Positions 1 through 14,778 of a DNA stretch of 64,000 nucleotides are shown one piece after another. The DNA is taken from positions 7,121,607 to 7,185,606 of the forward strand of contig NW_002060945.1 of NCBI RefSeq assembly GCF_000150275.1. Reading direction: 5' to 3'. Under the pieces are notes generated by a model. The model was not told the origin of the DNA. It searched no databases and saw nothing but the letters and a program-made list of their open reading frames with translations. The stretch is from Trichoplax adhaerens. Lineage: Eukaryota; Animalia; Placozoa. How positions within the stretch are numbered: the stretch's first letter is position 1; every line of letters begins with the position of its first letter. Both the position numbers and the translations under genes were made by a program.

Positions 1-3000
1 GCTCTTGAATTCACGAGCAGTAGAACCTTCTTTTATAATCTCTTCGGTGAAAAACTGTACCGGCTTTAAACATAAGAATAAAGATTTTTCGTTAACTATT
101 TTCAAACAACTACAACATACACAATCTTTTAATTCTCTTTTTCTGTACGCAGTATAAGAATCTAAATAAACATACCCGATCTGAATTTATGTCCAACCAG
201 GATAAAGAGACACGGTGATCACCCTTCTCCAGTGCTCTTCCAGGTTTTATCAACAAGTGAACCTCGCTTGATTGTGCACTAAAGGTTTCATCTGTAGACA
301 TCATTTCAATCTCACTCCCACTTCCAAGTATACGACATACCTACATGATGATGATTAAAATCATAATTAAATATGATAGAAAATTAGTGCGGCTCTGTTT
401 ATTTGTTCTATTTCAAATGCAATATCAATTTCTAAGGCATGAGTTACTTTATTACCTTAAAGCAGTTCGTCGGCAAACCAACATCTGGTTGAATAAATTC
501 CTTAAACTCTGATAACGACATTCTCTTGTCGATCTTCTTTGTAACCTCTATACCATAACACATGCAATAATAATGTTACCATAGAGAAATTGAACATGCA
601 ATTATAAATTACCAATAAGCTATTTAGAAAATTGCTAATAACATTTAAGATACCTATATCTATCTAAAAATATTCTTTATATCATTAATCCTATAATTTA
701 ATTATCAAAAAAGGCTATGTAACCTGTTGTATTCTTCTGATTCTGTGATAATGCCATTTTTATGTGAAGTGTAATTAAATTGTTGTGATAATCGAGAACT
801 TTGAATAATTTCGAATTGTTAAACTCTTCTTTTGCATCTTCCTTATCTTTATATTCTATATATAGCTATAGAAATAGGCCAAGTCGTACATACGTTACAC
901 TACATTTTTAACGTCAGGACGGAAAATTCTTTCAAAGATTGAAAAGCTGAAATTAAAATTTACCCTGCAAGCACGTGACGGATAGTCATGAACGTCATGC
1001 TGACGATCTAATAGCTTCAATCCAGTATAAGAAGACTGCGCAAATCTAATTGTATCATCCTCGGATAAACCTAAACGCTGCAGGAAGAAAGGTGATAACG
1101 GGGTTATTGTAGGCCAATTGCCAAGTCCGTTCTTCAGATATATATTCACATGAATATACGACAAACCTTTTTAGTTAGGTCAGCCAGTTCATATGCTTTG
1201 CTAGCGTAAGGAATTTTAACAAACACTGAATCTTCAACAGTTCCTGCTTCTAGATTTACTTCAAGTAACTTAATGCTCATGTCTATAATGTGCAAAATAT
1301 ACGGTATGAATCTGATGATAATTTTAGCTTGAATACAAGTAAGATTTGTAGTGTACCATCTGATTTAAAAGTTTGAAAATCTTGATGCTCGTGACACCAC
1401 TCCAAGAGTAGTTCAAATATCGGCCTAATGCCCTCGAAAGCTTCTTCAACTGTCTTCTCCTTAAAAAGAATTATGGAGTATATCAAAATAAAATACAAAC
1501 TCGTAATAATTGAAGAAGTACAAAATTGAACTATGCGATACGATGTACTTGTAAGTAACATACCTCAAGCCCTTCGAAAGACTTGTCTACTAACTCGTTA
1601 CAGGATTCATACTTTACGATCCGACAACGATCTAACGGTACGATGTTTTCAAGTTCAAGCAACTGTAGACAAAAGTAACACAGTTTAATACTAATACATT
1701 ACATCACACAATCAATTTGTCTAAGCCTTTACAATATGAATAATTACTTTGTGGGCAACTTTAGTTGCTTCACGAAGAGTTATATCCTTATTTATTTCAA
1801 GTTTCTTTTCTACCAATGTTTTCTGTATAGGGTGAGAACCAAAGAGTTTAAATCTATACGTCATTCGCTCGTATTCTAACTTCCTTTTGTGGTCATCTTC
1901 TTCTTTCTTCAAGTTTTCAATTGCATTATTGATATGTGGAGGAAAGTTACCAAAATCCATAAACTTGCTATTACGAGATCTGTCAATTTGTCGATACATC
2001 AACATATATGCATTTGAAGAACTAGCAAACATCGATGTATAATATCGTCTTATTTCTCCACCACCGTAAGCTTTCTCAATGTCTTGTTCATTAACCTATG
2101 ATAAGGTCATAGTAGTAACATTTATAAAATCATATATAAGCTTTCAAAAAGCCTTGTTTAAAGAATCGTGTGTATAGTAACCTGCGTTACAGACTGATCA
2201 TTAAAGCAGTACCAGTTGTTGTCATCAAAAGATCTAGAACCGAACATTAAAAGGATAGCATAAGACAATGAAGACCTCTATTGCATATTTGTATCATATA
2301 TAAGTGTATGAAGGTTCATATACGTACTTTATGTAGGCATAATAATGGCCCCCGACGGCACTTCCGGAATGTATCATAATTGAGAATAATTCATAATTTA
2401 ATTGAGTCTAGAAATGATTAATAGTATTAGTATTATATAAAGAAATCGCGAATTGCCACTATAAGGCAAACTATAGTAAATGAAGGCATTTATTACGAAT
2501 AATTTTATTTTATTATACATAATAGATCAATATATAATGCCATAGCAATTTAGAATTTTTAAGCATCACCTGCTGATCTTCCAAAAATTCGGATAAATTT
2601 AAAATATAAGGAAAGGTAACCCTATCGAAATAAGACGCAAGAGTAAATTATAATCAAATGTTAAAAATCTAAAACAACCAATATGACATACTAATATACC
2701 TATCATTTAGCTTCATCCGCTGAAGCGTATGATAATCAAATGAAAATCTTTTGGAACAACTAAATTCCCATCTATACGTAAAAATACGAAAATGGCATAA
2801 TTTTACATATATTTATTTGATTAAGCCTTTTATTCTTAGATAAACAATCTCTATCTCTAAGTACCTGTATAAAGCATTTCTAACTCCGGCGTCATGAATA
2901 ACGTTTGCAATAAACTATTTAGGTAGCAAGTCATCGCGTGATTGACCAATCCAACATAACCTAACGCAGAGATTACAACGTTAGACATTAGCGCTGAACT

Positions 3001-4953
3001 ATTTTGTAAATGATGTACGGTATATTAACAGCTAGATACTGCAACATATTTCATTATTGTAGAGTAATACCTGTATACGTGTACGAGTATCCTATCAAAG
3101 ATCATGCCCATAACGAGCATTTTTTGAGATCAATATTGCAGCTATAGTAATATTATTACGATAAGCCGTATTAAGAACGCGTGCGTGATATTGCACCACT
3201 AGACTATGAGTATCTATAAGTGTTTCATTATGATGGTTGTATGTCATAAACTAAAGTAAGACAGTTAAGATAACTTACCAATCCTACTTCTTTCTTCATT
3301 CAAATTATTGCGGAATATATTACTGTCACTTTTCCAAGTATGAGACTTCACTTCATCATTTAAAGCCTAAATAATTTTATGGTATGATTGAGTACATCCC
3401 GTTTATTCATGATTCCCAATTTCACTTTTACTCAAAATATGATTATCATTCATCTTCTTCATTATTATAATGGCAAAATGTAACGTAAACTACTGCATTT
3501 TCGTTCCACTATTTTCAACATCGCATCAACACGTCGCCATATCTCAACGCATCGATGCATATAAGATTGTATCAAATTGCCAATAGAAGTAACACTGTAC
3601 AATTTCAATCCTTGCCTGCAATATACGACTCTACTCATCATCATCACAAAAGTATACCATTTTGTATCAACATCGACTGCTAGTAGCAACCATCATGATG
3701 AATGTAGCAACTATCATGATGAATGCTCTACATACTGTTTGGTGAAACTCCACAAGCAACGTTTATCTAGCAATTCAATGACTCGTCATTTTAATGCAAT
3801 TAAGTTTAATCGGTCTGACTAGTACAGAATGGACTGTACATACAACAAAATACGTCTTTTTCGATATTGAATGTATAGTATTGCATTGTATACGCATACG
3901 TCGTGCCGTTTACTAATGCATGAGTACTGCGTAAAGTCATGGAAAAGTCGGTAATAGTGAACTAATTAACGATCTATGAATAATTTTATGGCCATCTATT
4001 GGGGCATTATCTTATTAGCTCACTATCAAGAGTATGGCATGGAAGCCATTCCTCTACTTGTTGCTGTATGGTGGCAAGCAAGCTAATTGTACTGTATCCT
4101 TTTCCATGCAAGTCTAAATATAGCACGCAATATAGTATATTGTAAAAATTGATCATCGATACAGGTCGGCAAGTGTTTATGTTCAGTAAACTGCAAGGTG
4201 GAGTTCCTACATGCTAGAAAGTACATGAACTCATTTTATCCCTATTTTACTGCTAGATTATTCAAGGAGTAACACCTTAGCAAGCTATCACGTTGAATTT
4301 GAAGTACATACTGTAAGTGATTTTAGAGTGTCATCAAATCCAATAACAATGATAGAGTGGTGAAATAATAAAGCAGAAAGTAATATCAATTATGTTTCCA
4401 ATCATGCCATAACCAATTCGTGTAGCTTAATTAGCGTAATCTTTGACTTGATGATACCAGTATGATCCAGATCATCATCACAATCTTGATCGATCAATAC
4501 GACAGTAGTAGACTATGAGTACTAATTGTTATCATTATTATTAATTATTACTAGTATGGTCAGTAGTAGGCTCAACAACGATCGATATGCACTGATGATT
4601 GACCTAACCTTAATAGGCAGAACTCCATTTTTCTTTCGAAGTGCCAGAAAGATTCGAGCATTATCGTTAACATCATACTTAGGGATTAATTCGCTATCTT
4701 TAAGGCATTGCTCAGAATTGATATCTAACAATTTCTCCGCACTGCAATCTTTGTTACTATGTCGCCACCATAATTCGAATGAATGATGATCGTAATCTGC
4801 CATTTTGGCCACATCTCGATAGATTGTAGCATTGGTGGAGGAAGCACTCAAGTTGATAGTAAAGTCGCGGCATTCGGCTGTCCGATCACGAACTATAAAT
4901 GTAAAGCGTTTCTGATTGTCATCAGCTCCTTCAACAGCGGTCATTTGTACCAT
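1..4953 (-). CDS. USP47: Ubiquitin carboxyl-terminal hydrolase 47-like, multi-exon, continues past the left edge; catalytic domain disrupted as assembled
   Basis: Hand-translated GT-AG exons: N-terminal ubiquitin-like exon from ATG 4953; Cys box [26 protein letters not shown] (2960-2865); [24 protein letters not shown] (2771-2700); VTFPYILNL; His box [23 protein letters not shown] (~2407-2328); [15 protein letters not shown]; [12 protein letters not shown]; [12 protein letters not shown]; [11 protein letters not shown]; [11 protein letters not shown]. All match USP47 in the expected order. Confidence 0.93.
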
Positions 4954-5089
4954 TTTCAGGTACTTTTTAAGCGATGCTCGTTCGCGTTCAACAAGAAAAT
5001 TTTGATTTAGATTTTAGTTTTAATCTACCAGCCGACAAGTGACAATTGCAATGCGGCGGCAGTCAGCAAGAGTTCACTATGAACTCTCT

Positions 5090-5410
5090 GCTGTAAGTCC
5101 AGTACAGTATACAGTAAGTCAATAGTACTATACTGTATTTAAGGCGTTAAGGCGTAGTTCGGTAGTTGTGATACAGCGAATATAGGTTCAAGTTGTCCGG
5201 TTGTCCGTAGTACAGTACAGTACGTTGCTGTCGCGTGTACTGTACTGTACTGTACAGTACAGTACAGTAGAAAAGACTTTTTGTACAGTAGTACTGTAAT
5301 CTAGCCATCGTGCTGTCCAGTGTACTGTGCTATACAGACTTGACAGATGTACAGATGCGTGATACAGTACTATATTGTACTTTGCGCACTGTCAAAGGGC
5401 TGTACAGCGA
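5090..5410. repeat. (TACTG/CAGTA)n low-complexity cluster upstream of USP47, including a 32-bp perfect palindrome at 5238-5269
   Basis: tactgtactgtactgt|acagtacagtacagta plus many scattered tacag/ctgta units. Confidence 0.85.
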
Positions 5411-8400
5411 TGTGCATCCAATTTCGAATTATTAGATCTAGACCTGAGAAAGGTTCAGTAAAATGCTGTTCAAATTGAAAATTCTTTCAATTTGAACCGC
5501 TATTAGTATAGGGGGAAATGGAAGGGATCGAATTCAATGCACACTTCTGTACTGTACTCTGGCTTTTACTTACTTTACAAATTTTACTGTCATTTCCCAT
5601 TAATTAAGTACGCGTACAGCATATCTCGCGTAGGCATATCATTTTGTCGGATGATTATACTAGTAAATGATAGAGTATTTGAATCAGTGTAACTTTCATC
5701 AATTTTCAATATTGTTTCTATAGTCTTAACAGACACAATAAATTCTTACATCATTATACGATTTTCGTAGGTCATGATACCGTAGTAACATTGATGTGAA
5801 TTGTGTGAACTGTTCTCGCTCTCTTTTATTTATTTGTTAGTCTACAATCTTGTTATTGCTGTCTACTCGATACTGTATGACGTTGTTGGTAATATACATC
5901 GAGGTTTTAAATAAATTAGGCGTCTCCCCATTCGATTAAATTTACTCAATAGCACTGGAAGCTCTTGACTTCATGAGAAAAATCTTGCAGATTTCTGGTG
6001 GTATAGCAGCACAGGGCGGAAAAATCGACCCACAGAGCGAAAGTTAATGCGGAGATTTCGAGGTTACGGGCTTGCTAATGTTTGATGCGCAAACTCAGTA
6101 CTGTCGCTGTTTCCTAGAGACAACGAGACATTTTTGTCAAAATCTTAGATCAATGTTTCTAGTAGTCTGCGCAAAAGGTATCGATCAGTTTAGCTCCGAT
6201 ATTTTCTATGTCAGTCAGCATGATCAGTTCGAATTGGACTCTAACTTGTCTGTGTCCGAGTACATATCTAATTGCTATCTACTAAACTATACTGTATAGT
6301 TCGCCTAGTAATTTATAATTTGTTGGCCAATTGAATACACAATGGCTACAATTTCTATTAATGAAATTGCCTGAAATACCAATTATACATAAGATATAGT
6401 CGTAAAAGTAAAAAATACGCCTACCCACCATTTCCTCCTAGCGATTATAGTAGATAGTAAATTGTTTATATTTTGTCCGTTCTCACAATCATTTCTATTC
6501 CAGTCTCAATGAAATACGACTAAAGTGAACATAAGAAGGTCCGTTTGACATTACAGCGATATCTATTTTCTTTAATCATGCAGGTATGAGTGGATCGTGT
6601 TGTATCCAGGATAGCGATAAAATATCAGTCGATTAAAGAGAACTTTCAAGATCGCTGAAATCGACAACATAGCCCATCGCAAACCAGCTCATTGACAAGG
6701 TGACGAAAAAGCCAAATCTACAAATCTTCTCCCTAAACAGCATATCCGGTCACTAAAATTCGTCTAAAAAGAAACACTTAGGAATACTTATCTAATTCTA
6801 CAGATTTTCAGTGATTTGTACGCCTTTAACTTTACGTTTTAAGCACTATATTTAAGAACTAACTTTCTTATACAAAATTTAGGGCTTATATATTTTTTAC
6901 AGTAATTAGAATTCATAATTATATAATTAGTATCAAAACCACCTATAAAATCAGATGGTTAAATTACATCTAAATGCTTAATCATAACGGTGATATTGAA
7001 GAAGATCGATATCCGATAATTTAAGACTATTAGGTTACAATATGTCTATTTTCAGAACTATTAAGGCACACTATGCGATCTAATGTAAATCAGTCACAAT
7101 CACATATTACGGTACAAGATACGTAAAGTTCGAACTATCTCGCAATCGAAATAAAGCTACGTCGCCAAGCATTGCAAAACTACCCTACGTTGAGATAGCA
7201 CCGTGACATAGCCCAATGTTAATGGAATGTCGCTAGATAGTTAAGCATTTAATATGATCAGATATACCAAAGAAAACGAGGGAAAGAAATTTATCAATCT
7301 TAGACATTCTAACATATGCAAATAATTATATTCATGAATATCGCCTTTATTGTTGCTTCAACATACGGTAGTTCTGAAAATTAGTCAATTTTCAACTACT
7401 GGATGAACAACATCCTTCTTAAACAAATGCCACTTTTCATTAATTATATATTATTCGCCATTCTTGCAATATAGGCTTGATTGCATTCGCTTATAATGTA
7501 CGCCGTGTTCTTACAATTGCAATGGAAATAGTTAAACAATTAATTTTCCCTTGCGAAATCGATGATGTTAAATCTCTTGAAGACACTTGCATAGTCTAGT
7601 ACCCAATAGTGCTCATTTATTACAGCTATAGTAATTACAATTTATTGCACTATTTTACTTCAATATTAATTCAAAAAACCATATTGATTCTCTTTATCCT
7701 GATAATTTTCCGTTGCTTAAACATAGACACCTTCATAGTCTAGAATGCAAGAACAATCTATTATGCTGTTTTACTTTGGTAGCAATTCCAATAACCAAGT
7801 TGATTCTCATGCCCTGATAATATATATAATATGATCTACCATTGTATGAACTACATTTAGCACGGTTTACCAATAAGAAAAAACTACTCATGATGGCATT
7901 TTATCCTATGAAAACCGAGCTTAACGCGTATATCTATAAGATTAACTTTTCTTGATGAAGAATTTTTTCCTTGCGAGTTTCTCATAAGCCTTTCACAAGC
8001 TGCGATCAGCTAGCTAGTAGCTATATTAGTCAAATAATTCTTATTATTTTGTAGGTGCCATACAAATTCTTTAGATGCGTGAAACTTACGTACCCTCTAA
8101 CAATTAACACTTTTAATTCTTTTCGAAATTTTTTAATACTATAACTTTGTCTTGATACTACATTTGATCAGGAGTAATTATTTTTTCCTTGCGCAATTCT
8201 GACATCATTCAGAGTATTAAAGTAATGATATATAGAATTAACTTAATAATACTAGCCCAAAGATAGTAAACGCAATTCTTAAGATTTGTTTCTTTGTTAC
8301 AAAGACATCAATGTCCTTGTCATCTATTTTTGAGAAATTTATTCGTGTTAAAACAAATCATCGACCTTTTTAAGCTGATTTTTATGCGGTATTTTTCTGT

Positions 8401-8854
8401 TACGATCCGATCCTTGCATAAAGATTTTACTGATCACATCGAAAAGAAAAGTTTATGTTTATCAAGAAATAAATATTGAAAAGCCTTTCAATTTTAAATA
8501 ATAATCCATACCAAGAAAATGAGAATTACTGCAAATAATTTAAGAAGGGAAATTGTTAACTATTCCTACTGCACCCTATTGATATCGTTTACAGTGATTG
8601 TATCACTAAATTACATTAAAAGTTAACTAGCAATAGAATGTGTAAGATTTTAGCAACATGTAGAAATAAACATGATTTAAGGCCGAAGTATGCTATTTCC
8701 TTTTGCATCCGTAATTACTATAGTACCACTTAGGACACATTGGACAGTGAAGAGTGTATTAAGTAACAGTCACCATCATTTCTTTAAAGATACTACGCCT
8801 AAACAAAGCTTCTGAATTATTTAATCATATTAATGACAAAGACCAAAACTTTCA

Positions 8855-8904
8855 NNNNNNNNNNNNNNNNNNNNNNNNNNNNNNNNNNNNNNNNNNNNNN
8901 NNNN
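8855..8904. other. Assembly gap (50 N)
   Basis: run of n. Confidence 1.
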
Positions 8905-11900
8905 TTTCTATTATTTATTCTTACTCTAAAAATTGCTAAAAATTTAAAGTTATAAACGTATATAAAAATAAAAAATTAATATTCATCACAATGAATTTGT
9001 GAAAGATCAAATGTATTTTGTCGTAATTGAAAAACAATTAAAAAATTTAAAATTCCTCTACAATAAAAGGCAGGCCCTGCAGAATAGCTAAAATGTACTT
9101 ACAATTTACAAATCAAGGTATCGAAAGGTTAAATATCTTTTAACGATTAAATTATTAACGATTGGTTAAAAAATGTCGATAATAAAAAGGAAGATAGTAT
9201 AAATAATAACTATTAATTAAGTTTACCGGGTAATTATTTTTAATTTACCGGTTGAATAACCAGAAAAAATCCAACTGTTTTCATTCTTATATATTTTTTT
9301 TAGCTTTACGATATCAATCAATTTGATATTAGTACTAAACTTCAAGATTGCTTTAAGGTAACACTACTTTATTATTGATATTATTTTTATACCTATAAAG
9401 TTTTTATTGACTCTTTAATTCAATAAACTTACATTCAAATTAATCACAGTTTAATTCATAGTTCTATTATTCTCGTCATTTAAAAGTCTATGCTACGTTA
9501 TCAGGATTCAATTGATTCTGCGCCGATATTGTACCAGGTGGATTCAGCTAAACATTCCTACAGTATAAATTGGCCAGACAATATTATTTTTACCAAATTT
9601 CAATCCACATTACCTAAAGATCAAGACTGAATATTTTATTGAAAATCACGATGAAAAATGAATGTCAAATAAGTTATGGAGCAGTTATATACCTTTGTAA
9701 GTAAAAATCGAGTACAAGATAGAAATAAAACAAAATTCTATTTATGAGCTTATTTGAATGTAATACGGAAAATCATCTCATGTCGGATCATATCTTGATA
9801 GACTTAGTTCTGTTTAGCTTTAAGAAATTACTTTAGTAAAAAAACTAGAAAAAATTATGATAAAACATTTTTCTAAGTATAGCATTTCCGATTTGTAATT
9901 TCTGTATTTAACTTAGTATAAATTTTCACCATTCTTACTATACCTGATCCTATATTATTACGATCGAAATAATTAGTGAAGTTTATTTAATTTTGTATGC
10001 CGTTGTAATTCATTTCTACATACACTATGTTCTCTAAGATCCATTTTTACTAACAATTGCTCATAGTTGTGTGAATTAAGAATCTATACTTTTAGATACG
10101 ATACATCTTAAATAAATTAAGTAATGCTCCATTCCTACTAAATCTTAAAATATCTAGATTTTGTGCTGGCAATTTCTTTAACAGAAGGCCTACAAATTAA
10201 CAATATAAGCTATATACCGTTTGAGATAACTTTACAAAATGGATCAGATTGCTATTGGATCCATAATTCACAATCTTACGTGCAGATGCAAAGTGATGTC
10301 AAGGAATGGGTAAATATGAGATTGCTAAGTATAAAAGATATATTTTAGAATAATGCTATAATTCTTAATTACGATACACCGATATAATCTTTTTGAGACA
10401 GCGATAGATATTTCATAAAAATAATGAAATTTAAATAATGTTAAACTCGGACACTACCAGTATAATATAACATTAACCTAAACGGAATAACCTCTAGGAA
10501 TTTTTTCACGGCTTTCTATATCTGATATCGTATCAATTAACTAGATTAAACTATATAAAAAGCAAGGATATGCCTGATGATGGCAGCTAACCTTTTACAA
10601 ATCATTCTCCTGAAAAGTATCAATGTCACTAAATGTGATGTTAATTATATTATACGTATTATATATTTATTAGCATAGAAAGAGTGCCGTAAAAAGGTAT
10701 GTAGTAAAATTAGTTATGGGACATTCACTCTTGTATGATAGTAATGCCTAGAATAAAATGGCAATATAAGCATAAAGAGTCAATCTTCAGAAATATCAAT
10801 TTATTTAATAGCTGAAAGAGTTTATAAATTTATTTCTATAGTGAGAGAAAAAAATCATTTCAGATAAACATAAAATCCTTGATTATAAATATAATACTTT
10901 TCCACTTCGGTAAACATCATTTGATTCCCTTGTGATTTATGTTATGTTAACTAGTTTTAGAGTTTTAACTGTTATTATAAATACTCAATACATCGCCATT
11001 TATATTTTTTTGCCTACAATTGATATATCTATAATAGACAGTACGTTGGCGCTGTACTAAATTAAATCGCTACTACCGTCATAATAACAATGATCGTAAG
11101 AGTAAACAAACCAATAAAGCGATAGACTGTAAAAAAATTGAACTGTCCCTTGAAAATAATCAACTGGTCACACCTTCATTTTTGATAATTCATACTCTAG
11201 CAATTATCTATTTTTAAGTGAACTTTAATAGACATAATAGCTAGTTTTTGCTAAAAAATGTTTATGCTTAAGTTATATATACATAGGATTTGTCGAGCTA
11301 TTTATTAAATCCCAGCCACCCACCCTTGAAACGAACATTTATTAAATCGCACCCACCCTTGAAACGAGCAGCGCAGGGGTATTTATACTACTGTTCGATG
11401 ACTTTGATTATGGGTTCATTTCAATAGGTCAGTATAAGATTCTTACAGTACTTTTTACCTCAACATTTCTTCATGTAAAACGAATAGCTCTAAGGTAGTC
11501 ATTTCTGCAGAGTACTGAAATTTATTAAAATAGTATTCGTTATATCGCTAAGGGTGGCCACTGGGTCTTTCAATTTTGATTTGATGGAATATTCTGATGA
11601 AAATTGAATAAAAATAGAATCTTTATAGAGTTTTCTACACAGCCATTTTGATGGTTACATTTTCTTCTAACGGTTGCTATCGACAGAGCAAGCTTTGCTT
11701 GCATACTCAAGCGATCCTTAGACAAATTATAATGATTGATATAGAATTGACCACAGTACTAAGGACATTGTACCGCACTGTAGATATCTTACAGTACCTG
11801 CTAATCTTAACTTGGTATGTCCATCACCGTCCATTAGTTATCATAATGTGCTTTGGACCATTAACTAATCTTAATATAGCATTTCATAGTATTTCATCCG

Positions 11901-14778
11901 TGAATGCATTATTGAAAAGTAGTATTCTACAAGTATAGCTGTGAATATAGTAGTGCCTGGCTATTACCGGCATATATATAATGTCGAATGGTAAAACTAT
12001 CTATTAATTATTAACAAATAAGCACATTATCGTAAACCGTCAGCAAAGCGACGTGAGTTTGTACTAGTCTAACTAAATCGAAATTGTAAAATAATGTGTC
12101 AAGTTTGCACATAATATAAAAGCTTAAAATAACTACATGTATGTTATACTGTAGATGTATCTAGATGATCAAAGCAACAGAAATATTATTTTAATCAAAA
12201 ATAAACAGGAAAATTTTAGTAAAAGGTATAAAGTTAATCCTCCTAGAATATCATCGCTATCATCATAATATTTCACTAATGGCTATGTAAGACAGTGTAA
12301 TATTGTATTCTAAGTTGATGATATATTTAGTAATATCTACCGTAGGTGTATGTTCAACGTGTGATAGATATTCTCGTTAGAGGCTTAAGTATTAAATATA
12401 GCTAGCTTAGTAACTGTAATCCTTTTGAAGAGGAGCGCTACAGTGCTCACACTAGAGCTTCACATGAAAGGTGTAAACTATCCTGTATTTGAAATGCTAA
12501 TACTGAAGTGTGTAGTAAGTAAGTAAAGTTGCTAAGACTGTAAACGCGGAAATGTATATAAGTGAGTGGTTTAGTATAGTAAGAGAGTTCTTTCTCATTA
12601 GAGATCCTCAGCTAATCGATTACGTTGTACCTTCGTAAACGAGGTTTTGTTCAATAAATCTTAATTTTCTAAAAGTTTTAAAGATTCTTGATCTATCAAC
12701 CTCACAGGCTAACTACAAAGTTAGATGATTGCTACATTGGACGTATACTTTACGAAATATACTCGTACACAATTTTAAATTGTAGTGCAAATCTAATATT
12801 ATGGCGTATTGATAATATTTAATTAAATTAATCGATTAATCAATCAAAAATTTAATTGCTTTAATTTTAGAATCGTGTCACAAACCAGCTTCATGACAAA
12901 GATAACGTAAAACAAATCTCTAAATTACTATAGTCTCCGGGATTCAGTTCCTTTAACTACCTCATAAGAATTTAGACGCCTTTGCTTCTACGTTAAAACA
13001 ACTATATAACTCTTCTTTTATTTAACTATCTGCCGAGCTTAAATACCCTTCGGCAGCAGCTATCATGTATGAGTCATAACAGTTCATGAAATTTAGCTCA
13101 TATTGGATAGCTAAATTAAGACAGACATTATTCATAATTTTGGACATGTACTGAACGATTTTAGATAATTAGACTACTGTATGTCCACACACAGAATTAT
13201 TTATGGTATCATCTATAATTGAATATCTTCAGGATATTCATCACAAGCGTTACAAGACATAACACTACAATCAATTAATATTAGTTACCTTATGAGAACT
13301 TTTACTACAATACAGTATAATTTACTGTAAAAAAATAATAACTACCGTAGTTCTTACTGTAAGTCATTATTAGTTATCTCCATATATAAATGTTTAACAC
13401 TAAATTTGGTCATTTACTCTTCATGGTGGTTCGTACCGTGATAAATCGATAGCAAATTATTGTCATTTGTTTTGACAAAATAACTTGATAAAATGACTGG
13501 CTAATAATTTATATCTGATTAGTCATAACTTGGTTAAAAATTTTTTATAGTATGACATTTCTATGACGGTCTCAGAACATTTCAATAATGATGAGAAAAA
13601 GGCAGAGTACAGTAAGCCTGAAATTAAAATCTTTCACAGAACAAATCACAGCTTTGTAGCACCTTTACTGACCAAAATTGATATTTAAAACTAGTTATGA
13701 AATCTAGATAATTAATACGTGTAAGACTTTGCTAGACAGATTCATACAGAATGTAGCGGAGGAAGTTTAGTAATGAGTTAATCTTAATCACTAGCCATAT
13801 TTTTATTTTTAAGGGGATACAATATTACAAACTATTCGTATTATTTACTTTTAGAAAAACACAGCTAAAGGGTTTTAGATACTTTTCTATTATTATGTAT
13901 GCCTTAATTTTGACATTGGTTGATTTACTATATGATAATAAATTATTTTAAATCATGTAAAGACGATCATGAATTAAAGTCATAACTTTAGCAGTGAAAA
14001 CATCTTGATTTTGGCATTGCCAGACCATAATAAAGTTATAATATTTATTTAAAATAATAAAATGATAACTATTGCTAGAAAAACCTTTAGTGTTGTAGGT
14101 ACAATTTAATTTCGATTTAATTTTGATAGATCAATTTTTGCGCTTACGCTTGACTTTAAAATATAACGTATCGTTACAGTAATCATTCCTTAAAACGTAA
14201 CTATTCAATATAAAATGCTACAAAACCTGGCATGCTTTTTATCGTAAATAACACTAATTTATAATATAAAATTTAAAAAGCGGCATTTGAATAATTGAAA
14301 TGCACACACATGTGGCACTCGAAAATTTTGTTAATAAAACCAAAAATACCACGAAAAAGGGAATATACAAGCAGTGCTATACATAAATGTCAAGGTAGTT
14401 AAGGTATGAGTTTGAAGAAAAGTGAAACTGAAACTTAAATGATTAATTTTATATCGAAAGTTAAAATTACACGAGATTTTTGCACCCGTACTTCTTAGGT
14501 TACGTTAGAATCATCCTCTTAATACCTCTTGAGCTATCTTACAAATGCAATTTTTACATTTCTAAGAAAAAAGATGCAATAAATGATAATAAATTTTATC
14601 GATCATAGACCTCGATATGTTTATATAACTTCATGATAACTAAGCAATGAAAATTTAAAAGCCCTCTATAGGAAATAATAATATGTCACGCTATCATCAA
14701 TTTTTATTCCTTGCTCTTGACAAACATAATAATTACGAAATAAAAGTAGCATCTTCACATATTGCCTTCACTTATTAG

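Noticed and set aside
3685-3726. 21-bp tandem duplication in a USP47 intron (and a ~34-bp one at ~11302-11368)
   Set aside because: Ordinary two-copy slippage duplications with no evidence of function
5975-6140. GC-richer stretch with an Sm-like ATTTTTGT (possible snRNA); similar stretches at ~24480-24560 and ~46150-46250
   Set aside because: No recognisable U-snRNA, tRNA, SRP or RNase P consensus; an Infernal/Rfam scan would be needed
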